This document shows positions 18,788 to 29,847 of a stretch of 64,000 nt of DNA, in pieces (the first letter of the stretch is position 1; the number at the start of each line of letters is the position of its first letter). The DNA comes from Arenicellales bacterium (GTDB taxonomy: Bacteria; Pseudomonadota; Gammaproteobacteria; Arenicellales; JAJDZL01), in assembly GCA_965206345.1 (NCBI GenBank), contig OZ242211.1, positions 1,338,758-1,402,757 of the forward strand, written 5' to 3'. Below the pieces are notes generated by a model that made no database searches, was not told the origin of the DNA, and worked only from the letters and a program-made list of their open reading frames with translations. Position numbers and translations under genes: made by a program.

Positions 18788-21238
18788 ATGACAGAAAACA
18801 AAAACAACGGAAGTTCTTACGGAGCCGAAAACATAAAGGTTTTACGCGGCTTGGAACCGGTCCGTAAACGTCCTGGTATGTACATTGGTGACACTGACGA
18901 CGGAACCGGTTTGCATCACATGGTGACCGAAGTTGTTGACAACTCGATTGATGAGGTTTTGCAGGGATTTTGCGATCGGATTGCTGTCACTATACATGCA
19001 GACGGAGCGGTTTCCGTTGAAGATAACGGTCGAGGCATTCCGACCGATATCGTCAAAGAAGGCGGGCCAAACGGTGAAGATATGCCCGGCGCAACAGTTG
19101 TGATGACGGTCCTGCACGCTGGTGGAAAATTTGACGAAGAGTCGTACAGTGCTGCAGGAGGCTTGCATGGTGTTGGCGTATCTGTGGTGAATGCACTTTC
19201 GGAAAAGCTGTACATGACTATCCACCGGGAAGGCGAAGTTCACTATCAGGAATTCGCCGATGGGGAACCCGTCGAACCGATTCGGGTAACAGGTCAATCC
19301 GACAAAACCGGAACCACGATCCTTTTCAAACCGTCGGACAAGTACTTCAGCGATACTGAATTTCATTATGAGATCATTCATCAGCGGTTACGGGAGCTGG
19401 CTTATCTGAATTCTGGCATTCATATTGAACTCTACGATGAGCGTGACGGGCGCCGAGAGGTCATGAAAAACGATGGTGGCATCGTACAGTATGTAGCCGA
19501 TCTGAATCATTCGCGCGACCCGATTAACCAAGACGTGATTTCGTTGTCTGGTGAACGGGACGGCGTGGTTGTTAACGCAGCTTTGCAGTGGTGCAATAAC
19601 TATTACCAGGATAATTCCCGAAGCTACACGAATAATATCTATCAACGCGATGGTGGCACCCATACAACAGGTTTTCGCAAGGGTTTAACAACAACAATCA
19701 CCGCGTATATGGACGATTTGGGTATCGGCAAGAAAATTTCAGTGAATGGAGACGATATTCGCGAAGGCTTGACATCGATTCTGTCGGTTAGGGTGAGCGA
19801 TCCCAAATTCTCCTCTCAGACAAAGGACAAACTGGTATCCTCATCTGTCGAAAGCGCAGTGCGACAAGTGGTTTCCCAGGGCCTGAATGAGTTTCTGGTA
19901 GAAAACCCCAGAATCGCTCGTATGATTTGTGATAAAGCCGTTCACGCAGCCGCGGTTCGCGAGCGCGCACAACAGGCACGAAAAGCCGCTCGAAAGAATG
20001 GCTTTGAGTCAACCACCCTGCCAGGGAAACTGGCAGATTGTCAGGAGCAGGACCCGGCACTCAGTGAATTATTCCTGGTTGAGGGCGAATCCGCTGGTGG
20101 TTCGGCCAAGCAGGCTCGAGATCGAAAATACCAAGCGATTCTACCCCTTAAAGGCAAAATTCTTAATGTGCAGAAAGCATCGATTGACAAGATTGTGGCG
20201 TCTGAAGAAATTCAAACACTGATTGCTGCACTAGGAACTGGTGTTGACAATGATTTTGAAATCGAAAATTTGCGCTATCACCGCATCATCATCATGACTG
20301 ATGCAGATATCGACGGCTCTCACATTCGCACCTTGCTACTGACGTTTTTCTTCAACAAAATGCGTCGTCTAATCGAAGACGGGCACCTATATATCGCGCA
20401 GCCACCGCTGTACAAAGCGAAGTATAAAAAGTCGGAAAAGTATCTGAGCGATGATGGTGAACTGGATGACTATGTGCTGGAGAATGCACTGTTGGATGCA
20501 AAAGTCGAACTGATGAATGGTTCAGACAGTGCCGCGATCGTGCTTGAAAAGGAAGCGCTTGAAAAACTCTGCCAGACTCGAATTGATGCTCGACTGGCAA
20601 CCGAAAAACTATCAAATCGCAACATTGACCCCCGGGTGCTTTCTGTCCTAAGTAAGCTGCAGCCACTTGATCCGGATAAATTCGGTGATCAGGCTTACCT
20701 TGAATCATTCGCGGAAAAGATCTCAGAAGCATTGGAAGACGAACGCGGTGATTATTCTGTCGAGGTCATTCCTGCAGAAGGGGAAGAGCCTGAAGCTGGC
20801 TACCATATTAAGTTTGTTAGAGAACACATGGGAAGCCGTAGAGAGTCTTTGATTGACAGATTGATTGTGAGCTCATCCAGCTATAAGCTGATGACTGCCT
20901 TGGCTAATGAAATGCACAAGCACGATGTGTCGGCAGTTATTGCTCAGCGTGGTACAAAATCCGCCAAACATGTTGATCTGACCGAGGCAGTCGACTGGCT
21001 GATGCAGGATGCCCGCAAGGGAATGACCATTCAGCGCTACAAGGGCCTCGGTGAAATGAACGCAGATCAGTTGCGCGATACCACCATGGATATGAGTGAG
21101 CGCTTGTTGCGAAAGGTCAAGATCGAAGACATAGATGGCACCGACGAGACTTTTGAAATTTTAATGGGTGACAAGGTGCCGCCTCGGCGTGAGTTCATTG
21201 AAACCAAGGCCCTCTCGGCAAAAAATATCGATATCTAG
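18788..21238 (+). CDS. gyrB: DNA gyrase subunit B
   Basis: RKRPGMYIGD, LVEGESAGGSA, PLKGKILNV and IMTDADIDGSHI. MTENKNNGSSYGAENIKVL at ATG 18788 matches the family N-terminus, so the ORF-track start at 18737 is probably an over-extension. Confidence 0.96.
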   Translation: MTENKNNGSSYGAENIKVLRGLEPVRKRPGMYIGDTDDGTGLHHMVTEVVDNSIDEVLQGFCDRIAVTIHADGAVSVEDNGRGIPTDIVKEGGPNGEDMPGATVVMTVLHAGGKFDEESYSAAGGLHGVGVSVVNALSEKLYMTIHREGEVHYQEFADGEPVEPIRVTGQSDKTGTTILFKPSDKYFSDTEFHYEIIHQRLRELAYLNSGIHIELYDERDGRREVMKNDGGIVQYVADLNHSRDPINQDVISLSGERDGVVVNAALQWCNNYYQDNSRSYTNNIYQRDGGTHTTGFRKGLTTTITAYMDDLGIGKKISVNGDDIREGLTSILSVRVSDPKFSSQTKDKLVSSSVESAVRQVVSQGLNEFLVENPRIARMICDKAVHAAAVRERAQQARKAARKNGFESTTLPGKLADCQEQDPALSELFLVEGESAGGSAKQARDRKYQAILPLKGKILNVQKASIDKIVASEEIQTLIAALGTGVDNDFEIENLRYHRIIIMTDADIDGSHIRTLLLTFFFNKMRRLIEDGHLYIAQPPLYKAKYKKSEKYLSDDGELDDYVLENALLDAKVELMNGSDSAAIVLEKEALEKLCQTRIDARLATEKLSNRNIDPRVLSVLSKLQPLDPDKFGDQAYLESFAEKISEALEDERGDYSVEVIPAEGEEPEAGYHIKFVREHMGSRRESLIDRLIVSSSSYKLMTALANEMHKHDVSAVIAQRGTKSAKHVDLTEAVDWLMQDARKGMTIQRYKGLGEMNADQLRDTTMDMSERLLRKVKIEDIDGTDETFEILMGDKVPPRREFIETKALSAKNIDI

Positions 21239-21261
21239 ATTCGATACTCGGATTCCCGCTC

Positions 21262-21639
21262 CTAGTGTAGCGTTTGCTTCGCAGACAGTACAAAAAGTGG
21301 AATTGTGGCATCAAACTGTGCGCCGTCATCGGCAATCATCTGGTAGCTTCCTTCCATCGTACCGACCGGTGTCTCAAGTACGGTTCCGCTGGTGTACTGG
21401 TAAGACTCTCCAGGCATGAGGTGCGGCTGTTCACCAACGACGCCATCGCCGCGTACCTCCTGTACCCGTTCATCACTGTCCTTAACGATCCAGTGACGTC
21501 GAAGGAGTTGCGCGCCAACCCTACCATAGTTGGTAATGGTGATGGTATAGGCAAATACAAAGCGATCTTCGTTTGGACTGGAACGGTGATCAAGATAGTG
21601 CGTTTCAACGCTCACATGAATGTCGTAGTCATCGGCCAT
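21262..21639 (-). CDS. apaG: ApaG (DUF525) protein
   Basis: 125 aa. FVFAYTITITNYG...LLRRHWIVKD...GEQPHLMPGESYQYTSG is typical of ApaG. Confidence 0.85.
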   Translation of the reverse strand: MADDYDIHVSVETHYLDHRSSPNEDRFVFAYTITITNYGRVGAQLLRRHWIVKDSDERVQEVRGDGVVGEQPHLMPGESYQYTSGTVLETPVGTMEGSYQMIADDGAQFDATIPLFVLSAKQTLH

Positions 21640-21675
21640 TGCAGTAGTTCCCTGATGATTTTGTTCGTACCGTTT

Positions 21676-22842
21676 CTAATTGCTCTGTGAATTTTGTTCC
21701 GAAGCCTGAACTCTCATGTTTCGATAGCAACTCTGATGATAGTCAGCATCACCAAACAAGAGACCGAGTGTGAAAACTCGCTTAAGGTAGTGTCCAACAG
21801 GCATTTCATCCATCATTCCCATTGCGCCATGCAACTGCACCGCTTCTTCAGCATTGAGCAGTGCCGAGTTCGCGATTTCGCACTTGGCCGCTGAGATAAT
21901 CATATCCTGTTGTGTTTCGTTTTCGGACTCGATCGCACGCGCCGCTTCACGGCGCATTGATTCAGCTAGTTGACAGCGCATGAACATATCGACCATGCGG
22001 TGCTGAAGTGCTTGAAAGGAACTGAGGTGTTTTCCAAATTGCTGACGCGTTTTTAGATACTCCAGGGTCATTTCAAATGTCACTTCCATTGCACCCACAA
22101 GTTCAGCACATATGGATGCGTTCGCATATCTTACGGCACGTTTGACGATTGGTAGTGTTTCCTGACCGTGAAGCAGAACCTGTTTTCTGTTAACTTCAAC
22201 GTCTCTGAGTAGCACATCGGACATTCTCCCGCCGTCGTGTGTATGATGATGAGTCATTGCGACGCCCTTCTGATCGACTGGTACCAGACAGAGAGAACAA
22301 TTGGCATTCTTAGGTTCAGCTTCATTACGCGCTAAAACCAATAGTTCCGACGCAACGTTGCCGTACAGAACTGCGGTTTTCGTACCATTCAAAACGATAC
22401 GATCGTCATTTTCACTCGCTGTTGTCGCAATGTTATCAAGATCATAGCGGACCTGAGCTTCATAAAGCGCCGGCGATACGATGGCTCCACCTGTACCGAT
22501 TCCGTCGAGAGTTTCAGTGCGTAGTGGTTCACGCTCAGATTCCTCAATGATTTTCGTCGAGACAAGCGCGCTTCCAAGAAATGGGTTGATGAATAACGAT
22601 CGACCAAATTCTTTCGCAAGCGTTGAAACCAAAGCCATGTCTCCGCCCAATCCTCCAAAGTCTGTCGACATCGGCAAAAGCATCCAACCGAGTTCAGCCA
22701 TCTCTTCCCACTGCCGGGTTGAGTACCCTGGTTCTTCATGGATGATTTTTTGGCGCGCCTCGAAGCTGTAGTGGTGGTCGAGAAACCGTCTGGCGGAGTC
22801 CTCAATTAGCGATTGCTGTTCGTGCAGGGCTGTGTCTGTCAT
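21676..22842 (-). CDS. acyl-CoA dehydrogenase family protein (downstream partner)
   Basis: ACAD-like length and C-terminal helical domain (QLHGAMGMMDEMPVGHYLKR). Its start overlaps the upstream ACAD stop as TAATG. Confidence 0.8.
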   Translation of the reverse strand: MTDTALHEQQSLIEDSARRFLDHHYSFEARQKIIHEEPGYSTRQWEEMAELGWMLLPMSTDFGGLGGDMALVSTLAKEFGRSLFINPFLGSALVSTKIIEESEREPLRTETLDGIGTGGAIVSPALYEAQVRYDLDNIATTASENDDRIVLNGTKTAVLYGNVASELLVLARNEAEPKNANCSLCLVPVDQKGVAMTHHHTHDGGRMSDVLLRDVEVNRKQVLLHGQETLPIVKRAVRYANASICAELVGAMEVTFEMTLEYLKTRQQFGKHLSSFQALQHRMVDMFMRCQLAESMRREAARAIESENETQQDMIISAAKCEIANSALLNAEEAVQLHGAMGMMDEMPVGHYLKRVFTLGLLFGDADYHQSCYRNMRVQASEQNSQSN

Positions 22843-24044
22843 TACGACAGCCCAAGTTCCGCTTTGGCAATAATGTTGCGCTGAATTTCGTTTGAACCCG
22901 AATAAATGGGAGTCTTTCGATAGTTGAAGTAATTCCTGGTGGCATCTCCAACTTGATAGAGGTTGTCAACTTGAAGTTCGGTGCCACCACGAGCGATATC
23001 AATTGCTGCGAAGTGGGCACTGGCTTCTGCAGTCAGGCGAAAGACATCCGACTGAATTTCAGTACCGCGAATTTTTAGCAGTGAAGCACCAGTGTCTACC
23101 GATTCAGCCCTCTGGTCACCAAGCAGCAAGCGCCTTTCAGTCATTTCCAGTGCATGTAGGGAACGTTCAATTTTGCAGTAGCGCTCGGCAAAATCTACGT
23201 TGTCGATCAATCGCACACCACCTGCAACGGGTGCGAACGCCAACTCTGTAAGCCGCTTCATACTGGCTTTGGTTCGAGATACCTCTGCAGTACCGAAGCG
23301 TTCCAGACTCAATAGATATTTGCCGATTTCCCAACCTTGTCCGGGTACACCAACAACGTTTTCTTTGGGAACTCGCACTTGATCGAAGAACACCTGGTTG
23401 ACCTCGTGGGTATCTTCAAAAATTGTGAGAGGCCGAATCGTTACCCCGGGCGAAGAAAGATCAATCATCAGGAACGAGATGCCCTGTTGCTTGCGTTCAC
23501 CACCGCCAGAGCGAAATAGTCCGAAAATCCAATCAGCGAGATGCGCATCACTGGTCCAAATTTTGGAGCCATTGATGACATACTCGTCTCCATCTTCTGT
23601 CATTCGGCACTGCAAAGAGGCGAGGTCGGAACCGGAATCAGGTTCCGAAAAACCCTGGCACCAAAAAATGTTGCCTTCGAGAATGTCCGGTAAAACGTGT
23701 TGTTTTTGTTCCTCGGTTCCATACTTGAATAGCGTTGGTCCTAGCATTCCGACACCATAAATCATCAAGCGCGGTGCATCATTCAAAGACAGTTCCTGTT
23801 CAAAAATATATTGCTGCTCATCGCTCCAACCCGGGCCACCATGGTGCTCTGGCCAAGAAGGACAGCACCAGCCGCCCTGATTGCGCAAAATTCGATGCCA
23901 GCGTACTTGAGCCTCTCGTGGCAGATCCATACGTTCGCAGGCAACCATCTGCCGAATATCATCGGGCAGGTTTTTCTGAATGAACTGCCGAACCGTCAGT
24001 CGAAATGCTTCAAGTTCCGGGGTGAACTGAGGAGTGATTAACAT
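22842..24044 (-). CDS. acyl-CoA dehydrogenase family protein (upstream partner)
   Basis: ACAD middle-domain motif WCQGFSEPDSGSDLASL...INGSKIWTS, and the C-terminal IYSGSNEIQRNIIA. Confidence 0.85.
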   Translation of the reverse strand: MLITPQFTPELEAFRLTVRQFIQKNLPDDIRQMVACERMDLPREAQVRWHRILRNQGGWCCPSWPEHHGGPGWSDEQQYIFEQELSLNDAPRLMIYGVGMLGPTLFKYGTEEQKQHVLPDILEGNIFWCQGFSEPDSGSDLASLQCRMTEDGDEYVINGSKIWTSDAHLADWIFGLFRSGGGERKQQGISFLMIDLSSPGVTIRPLTIFEDTHEVNQVFFDQVRVPKENVVGVPGQGWEIGKYLLSLERFGTAEVSRTKASMKRLTELAFAPVAGGVRLIDNVDFAERYCKIERSLHALEMTERRLLLGDQRAESVDTGASLLKIRGTEIQSDVFRLTAEASAHFAAIDIARGGTELQVDNLYQVGDATRNYFNYRKTPIYSGSNEIQRNIIAKAELGLS

Positions 24045-24127
24045 ACAGGCTTTTCGAACGTTTGTACTTGGAAATTTCTGTTGAATTCATTCAATTTTAT
24101 ATCAGCGATGGGGTTGGTTTATGAACC

Positions 24128-25300
24128 CTAGAGTTTCGAAATCAGATGGTAAATCCGTTCACACGCCAATTGCAGGTTTTGGTCCGACTCGCCAATATTC
24201 ATTCTAAGTATGCCTTCCCCACTCGGTCCAAATGCTGTGCAAGGTAATAGTGCGACATCGTATTCATTGAGCAGCTGCCAAGCAAATTCGTTGCCATCAA
24301 TTCCCAGGTCTCTAATGTCGAATGTAACGAACATGCCGACGTTTGATCCGCGTATGATCACCCCTGAAATTTCACTCAATTTGGAAATGACCCAGTTTCG
24401 TTTGCGGTTGATTTCATTTCGTATTGTCCCTTCAATATCCTCTGATCGCGCCAGAGCTGTACTGGCGGCATCCTGGGTAAAAGGGGGCAGACCATAACTC
24501 ATGCAGAGCGACAGACTAAACAGTTTTTCGATCAGTGGTTCGCTGGCTATAACCCAGCCCACGCGCCAGCCGGTCATGCGGTGAGATTTTGAGACGCTGG
24601 AGACGGTTACACAATGTTCGAATGCGCCAGGCAGTGCCGCGGGCGAACGAAAGGTGCCGGGTTCGGGGAAAAAGGCGTAAACTTCATCGGAAATCAGCCA
24701 GATGCCTTTGTCCTTACATAAATTGACGAGATCGACAATGAGCCTTTCTGGATAAACCATGCCTGACGGGTTATGTGGCGAATTAATTAGAATTGCGCGA
24801 GTTTTATCCGTAATTCTGCTGGAAACATCATCAATTGATGGTAAAAAGTTATTTTCCGGACGTGTTGGTACTGCTGAAATTGCAGCTCCGCCAACTGAAA
24901 GTGTGGCTGGATAAGTTGCGTAGTAGGGTTCGATCAGAATCGCTTCATCACCTTTTTCCAGGAGGCACAGTGATGTCGCAAATAAAGCGTTCTGAGCACC
25001 AGACATGATGGAAACATTGGATGCTGAGACAGATTTGCCCCAAAGTTTTGTATAACGAGCCGCTACTGATTCACGCAGGTGCAGTTCTCCACCAATTTCG
25101 CTATAGTGATGCCGTCCATTGTTCAGACTACCAACCGCGGCTTCAAGCACAGCCGTTGGTGTGGATTCAAGCATTTCCTGTCCGATTGAGAGAATAATCA
25201 CGTTTTCACCATTCAATTGGCGACTCGCTGCTGCGTAGTGAATTTCCCAAGCATCTGAGCCAGGCCCGTCAACGCGGTCAGTGAGGCTGGCAAACTTCAT
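24128..25300 (-). CDS. pyridoxal-phosphate-dependent aminotransferase, class I/II
   Basis: PHNPSG and the PLP-lysine block SSVSKSHRMTGWRVGW. 390 aa. Confidence 0.85.
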   Translation of the reverse strand: MKFASLTDRVDGPGSDAWEIHYAAASRQLNGENVIILSIGQEMLESTPTAVLEAAVGSLNNGRHHYSEIGGELHLRESVAARYTKLWGKSVSASNVSIMSGAQNALFATSLCLLEKGDEAILIEPYYATYPATLSVGGAAISAVPTRPENNFLPSIDDVSSRITDKTRAILINSPHNPSGMVYPERLIVDLVNLCKDKGIWLISDEVYAFFPEPGTFRSPAALPGAFEHCVTVSSVSKSHRMTGWRVGWVIASEPLIEKLFSLSLCMSYGLPPFTQDAASTALARSEDIEGTIRNEINRKRNWVISKLSEISGVIIRGSNVGMFVTFDIRDLGIDGNEFAWQLLNEYDVALLPCTAFGPSGEGILRMNIGESDQNLQLACERIYHLISKL

Positions 25301-25480
25301 GTGTTGGTTCCATCGATTAAAAAAATTACGTTAACTTAAATATAAAAGGGGAATTATGTACTTTCGTTGGCTAGTGTGGTAGCGATTAAAAATTGATATG
25401 TCATTTATTTGATGACCTTTGTCAACTGAAGCACATAATTTCCTTGCACCGCATTGTTCTGTGTAATTGAATACGCTTTT

Positions 25481-26713
25481 ATGAATTTTGAAAGAATTAG
25501 CCGACCTGTTGCAGGGATGAAGGACCTGCTTCGTGACATCGGTGGTACCTATCTGGGTACCGCAACGGTCGCATTTCTTTTTTCAGCGACGGGACCCACT
25601 GCCATCATTATTTCAGTGGGTCTGGGCGGAGGTCTGACGCAAGCCGAAATCGGTTCTTGGCTCTTTGCCGGTTGCGTTTTCAGCGGTATTATCACCATCG
25701 GATTCTCGCTTGCATATCGGCAGCCACTCAGTTTTGCCTGGACAATTCCCGGAACAGTGCTGCTTGCATCAGCATTTAATCACTTGAGTTTTGCTGAGAT
25801 TATTGGTGCTTACTGGGCAACCGCGTTGCTGTTGACTGTGATCGGCGTGTCTGGAGGGGTCGGTAAAGCCATGCGCTATGTACCGATGTCTGTTGTGCTA
25901 GCCATGGTAGCCGGTATATTTCTGCAGTTTGGTCTTGACTTGGTTTTGGCATTTGAAAGTGAACTGCTGCTTTCTGCCGTGATGGTCTTGGCATATTTGG
26001 GAACAGTACTGGTTCCAGGCTTGAGCGCGCGCGTGCCGCCAGTGGTAATGACCCTGATTGCCGGCATAGTCGTCGTTCTAATGACCGGCAATTTCACAAC
26101 GGATCAGGAGATGGTTCAGTGGGTTGCATTACCTGCTTTTCAGATGCCACAGTTCAATCAACAGTCGATTTTCGAGTTGGTTGTGCCGTTGGCGGTGACA
26201 GTGCTGGTTGCACAAAATGCTCAAGGCATTGCGGTACTGATTAGCGGTGGTCACAAGCCGCCAGTCAACAACATGACTTTGGCCTGTGGTTTGGGTTCTG
26301 GGTTGTGTGCGTTGTTCGGTGCGGTTTCGATGTGTGTCACTGGACCATCCAACGCAGTGCTGGTAAGCGCTGGTAAACAGGATCGCCAATACACAGCAGG
26401 CGTGATGTTTGGGGTGATGAATATTCTGTTCGGCATTATGGCGTTTGTCGCAACCTGGTTGATTCTTAAGTTACCGCCAGAGTTTATAGCCGTATTGGCC
26501 GGTCTGGCTCTCTTACCGGTTTTGCTGCGAGCTTTTGTCGTCGCTTTTTCAAGTAATTTTCAGATGAGTGCACTGATTACCCTGCTGGTTACGGTGTCTG
26601 ATATTTCGATATGGAATATCGGTGCGCCATTTTGGGGATTGGTGATTGGCATGGGCGTTGCCATCCTGATTGATCGGGAAGACTGGCGCGAGCACATGGC
26701 ACAAGATCGTTAG
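25481..26713 (+). CDS. benE: BenE-family benzoate/H+ symporter-like membrane transporter
   Basis: Polytopic membrane protein of ~410 aa. The N-terminal region (LRDIGGTYLGTATVAFLFSATGPTAIIISVG) is typical of the BenE family. ATG 25481 is preferred over the ORF-track TTG at 25454. Confidence 0.7.
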   Translation: MNFERISRPVAGMKDLLRDIGGTYLGTATVAFLFSATGPTAIIISVGLGGGLTQAEIGSWLFAGCVFSGIITIGFSLAYRQPLSFAWTIPGTVLLASAFNHLSFAEIIGAYWATALLLTVIGVSGGVGKAMRYVPMSVVLAMVAGIFLQFGLDLVLAFESELLLSAVMVLAYLGTVLVPGLSARVPPVVMTLIAGIVVVLMTGNFTTDQEMVQWVALPAFQMPQFNQQSIFELVVPLAVTVLVAQNAQGIAVLISGGHKPPVNNMTLACGLGSGLCALFGAVSMCVTGPSNAVLVSAGKQDRQYTAGVMFGVMNILFGIMAFVATWLILKLPPEFIAVLAGLALLPVLLRAFVVAFSSNFQMSALITLLVTVSDISIWNIGAPFWGLVIGMGVAILIDREDWREHMAQDR

Positions 26714-26789
26714 AAGAGGTTCAACTTGTCATCACATAACTATGCTGATGGGGTTATGGCAGCTGGATTTGGAAGTAAGGGGGACGGGC

Positions 26790-26866
26790 TGGTGGCTATG
26801 GGTGGACTCGAACCACCGACTTCGGCATTATGAGTGCCGCGCTCTAACCGACTGAGCTACATAGCC
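26790..26866 (-). tRNA. tRNA-Met (anticodon CAT), elongator type
   Basis: The reverse complement reads GGCTATGTAGCTCAGTCGGTTAGAGCGCGGCACTCATAATGCCGAAGTCGGTGGTTCGAGTCCACCCATAGCCACCA. It folds as a cloverleaf with a 7-bp acceptor stem, a CTCATAA anticodon loop, a GGTTCGAGTCC T-arm and an encoded CCA. It is very similar to E. coli metT as I remember it. An Ile2 (lysidine) identity cannot be formally excluded. Confidence 0.9.
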
Positions 26867-27122
26867 ACTTGTGGCAATCATGATTGGTCTGCATTTTCCA
26901 TCAATGAAACGGATCATATTTTCTGCTGGCAGACTCGAAAAAGAAGATTTTATCAATTGACATTGAAGCCGACCGCAGAATTTTCGATTTCGAGTCAATG
27001 AAGGCAGTGGATTCAATATGAAATTGTACCGATTGGCACACACATCGTGTTAGCAGAACTTTAACATCATAAAATAAAACGACACAATGCTTCTTCTACT
27101 GGCTTAAACAAAGATAAAACCC

Positions 27123-27890
27123 GTGAAAATTTGCACCTGGAACGTCAATTCCCTAAAGGTACGTCTTGAGCACCTAAAGACCTGGTCTCAGCAAACAGAC
27201 CAAGACGTAGTCTGTCTTCAGGAAACCAAAACGATGGATGATGCGTTTCCGGTCGATCCGATCATTGAAGCGGGATACAACGTGAGTTTTTTCGGCCAGA
27301 AGACCTATAACGGTGTGGCAATTCTCGCCAAAGGAGAGATAGGAGACATTGTCCGCGGAATTCCAGAGTATGAAGATCAACAGCGACGTGTTATTGCTGC
27401 ATCAGTAAATGGGGTTCGAATCATCAATCTCTACGTGCCAAATGGACAGTCAGTCGGATCTGAAAAGTATCAATACAAGCTGGAGTGGTTTGCGCACCTG
27501 AAAGAATTCGTCCAGCAGGAAATCGATCAGCATAGCAAGCTGGTCATTGTTGGGGATTTCAATATTGCACCAGAGGACATTGATGTTCACGACCCGGAAG
27601 TCTGGGAAGGAAAGATACTCTGCAGTGAGCCGGAGCGACAGCAGTACAGGGATCTGATCGCAATGGGATTGATTGATGCGTTTCGTTTGTTTGAACAACC
27701 GGAGCGGAGTTTTTCCTGGTGGGACTATCGGGCAGCGGGGTTCCGTCGAGATTTGGGACTGCGAATTGACCTGATTCTGATCAGTGAAGCACTGCGTGAC
27801 AGTTGCAGCCGTTGTGTTATCGACAAAGAGCCGCGCAAGTGGGAGCGGCCTTCCGATCATACGCCCGTATGGGCAGAATTCAATCTGTAA
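27123..27890 (+). CDS. xthA: exodeoxyribonuclease III
   Basis: WNVNSL, QETK, GDFNIAP and PSDHTPV motifs. GTG start. Confidence 0.92.
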   Translation: MKICTWNVNSLKVRLEHLKTWSQQTDQDVVCLQETKTMDDAFPVDPIIEAGYNVSFFGQKTYNGVAILAKGEIGDIVRGIPEYEDQQRRVIAASVNGVRIINLYVPNGQSVGSEKYQYKLEWFAHLKEFVQQEIDQHSKLVIVGDFNIAPEDIDVHDPEVWEGKILCSEPERQQYRDLIAMGLIDAFRLFEQPERSFSWWDYRAAGFRRDLGLRIDLILISEALRDSCSRCVIDKEPRKWERPSDHTPVWAEFNL

Positions 27891-27904
27891 GTGCCTAAGG
27901 GCAG

Positions 27905-28762
27905 CTAGCCGTTTCGTCCCTCAGTTACACGGTCTAGATCAGCCAGGTCTTTGAATGTGCTACAGGCCTTAAGGCCATTCGATTCGAAAAGATTACGTAC
28001 TGCATTGCCCTGATCGCTGCCATGTTCGACAATCAGCCAGCCCCCTGGTTTGAGATATTTCCGAATACCGCTCACAATGCTCCGAATTGATTCCAGGCCA
28101 TCAGATCCGCCAATTAATGCCACTGGTGGTTCGAAGCTCATAAATTTGTCTGCAAGGCATTGATCATCACTGGCGATGTAAGGGGGATTGGAAACAATAA
28201 TGTCGAATCTGCGATTCGGCAGCGCCTCTGTCCAACTGCCGCAACAAAAACTGACGTTGTCAAGTTCTAATGCTTTGCAATTCTGTTTCGCTACTTCAAG
28301 TGCATCGGCTGAGATGTCAGTTACGACCAGATGTGCCGCAGCAACTTCGGATGCGATCGCAAGTGCAATGCATCCCGATCCGGTGCCGAGGTCGGCCAAT
28401 TTAGGACTCTCTATGGATTGACAGTGAAATAATGCCCGCTCAACAACGAGTTCAGTCTCTGGCCGCGGGACTAAAGTTGCGGGGCTGACCTGAAGGTCAA
28501 TGGTCCAGAATGCTTTGGACTTCGTTATGTACGCAATCGGTTCGCCAGCCAGTCGACGCTGCAGCAGGTGTTCAAAATCTTCGGCCGGGATTGATCCAAG
28601 TTCTGCTGAGTCAAGAACTTCCAGCAGATTGCGATTGACTGAAAGTGCAGCGCACAGCAGCAGGTCTGCGTCCAGTGCCGCTGTGTCCGTTTTTTCGTTG
28701 AGCAACGCCCTAGCCGCCTGCCGAGCATTGCCAATCGTCTTTACCGTAGAAAGGTAGTTCAC
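27905..28762 (-). CDS. prmC: release factor glutamine N5-methyltransferase PrmC (HemK)
   Basis: SAM motif [10 protein letters not shown] and the NPPY motif. 4-nt overlap with prfA. Confidence 0.9.
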   Translation of the reverse strand: MNYLSTVKTIGNARQAARALLNEKTDTAALDADLLLCAALSVNRNLLEVLDSAELGSIPAEDFEHLLQRRLAGEPIAYITKSKAFWTIDLQVSPATLVPRPETELVVERALFHCQSIESPKLADLGTGSGCIALAIASEVAAAHLVVTDISADALEVAKQNCKALELDNVSFCCGSWTEALPNRRFDIIVSNPPYIASDDQCLADKFMSFEPPVALIGGSDGLESIRSIVSGIRKYLKPGGWLIVEHGSDQGNAVRNLFESNGLKACSTFKDLADLDRVTEGRNG

Positions 28763-29847
28763 TGAAATGCATTCATATCAGCCATCAGACTGGCCTGATA
28801 CTCAGTTGTCAAATGATCAATGATAGGCTGAATGTCGCCGGCTAGCAGTCCGTCGAGCCGATTGAGCGTTAATTTGATTCGGTGGTCGGTTACCCGGTTC
28901 TCTGGAAAGTTGTAGGTCCGAATTCGCTCTGAGCGGTCTCCGCTACCGACCAGACGTCTTCGCTCTTCAGATTCCTGTTCCTGCTGTTTTTGAATTTCAG
29001 CCTGAAGCAGGCGCGCACGCAGCATTGCCATTGCCCTTGCCCGGTTCTGATGCTGTGAACGCTCGTCTTGACACTCAACCACAACTCCGGTCGGCATGTG
29101 AGTGATGCGAACGGCAGAGTCCGTACGGTTGACGTGTTGACCGCCAGCTCCGGACGCGCGATAGGTGTCGACCCGCAAATCCTGTGGATCGATGGAGACA
29201 TCATCAATTTTGTCAGCTTCAGGCAAAACCGCAACGGTGCACGCAGAGGTGTGAATGCGCCCCTTAGCTTCTGTTTTGGGAACCCGTTGAACACGGTGTG
29301 TGCCAGACTCGAACTTTAACTTTGAATAGGCACCTTTGCCGACCACCCGCATAACGACCACCTTGAATCCGCCGTGTTCGCCTTCATGTTGGCTGACAGT
29401 TTCGCTGGTCCAGCCTTGATTCTTGACATAAATCTGGTACATTCGATACAGGTCACCTGCAAAAATTGCAGCTTCATCGCCGCCTGTGCCAGCGCGAATT
29501 TCAAGAAAGAGGTTGCGGTTGTCGTTTGGGTCGCGTGGAAGGAGAAGGTTCTGAATTTTGCTGAGTGTCGCATCAAGACGTTCTTGAATATCGACAACTT
29601 CTTCAGCAGCGACGGTCTGAATTTGGGGGTCTGGGTCGTTCAGAAGTGACTCCACTTCTTCGAGTTCCGTTTCCAGATCTCGGAATTTTCCATATGATTC
29701 TACGACCTCTGAAATTTCAGACTGTTCAATCGACAACTCGCGCAACCGGTCAGGGCGCTGAACAATCTCAGGGTCTGACAGTTGTTCATTGAGTGTCTCA
29801 TGTCGTTTAATGAGAACCTCAAGTTTTTCTCTCAACGTGTCTTTCAT
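28759..29847 (-). CDS. prfA: peptide chain release factor 1
   Basis: GGQ motif (SGAGGQHVN) and a PxT tripeptide region (RVQRVPKTE). 362 aa. Confidence 0.96.
   Translation of the reverse strand: MKDTLREKLEVLIKRHETLNEQLSDPEIVQRPDRLRELSIEQSEISEVVESYGKFRDLETELEEVESLLNDPDPQIQTVAAEEVVDIQERLDATLSKIQNLLLPRDPNDNRNLFLEIRAGTGGDEAAIFAGDLYRMYQIYVKNQGWTSETVSQHEGEHGGFKVVVMRVVGKGAYSKLKFESGTHRVQRVPKTEAKGRIHTSACTVAVLPEADKIDDVSIDPQDLRVDTYRASGAGGQHVNRTDSAVRITHMPTGVVVECQDERSQHQNRARAMAMLRARLLQAEIQKQQEQESEERRRLVGSGDRSERIRTYNFPENRVTDHRIKLTLNRLDGLLAGDIQPIIDHLTTEYQASLMADMNAFQ

Noticed and set aside
17735-19381. Long antisense ORFs inside dnaN and gyrB (166 aa at 17735-18235, 179 aa at 18842-19381). Similar shadow ORFs lie inside other genes, e.g. 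31444-31935, 37730-38200 and 39681-40055
   Set aside because: They lie entirely within well-supported conserved genes on the opposite strand or in another frame. They have no recognisable motifs and a skewed composition (Ser/Arg/Cys-rich), which is typical of shadow ORFs.
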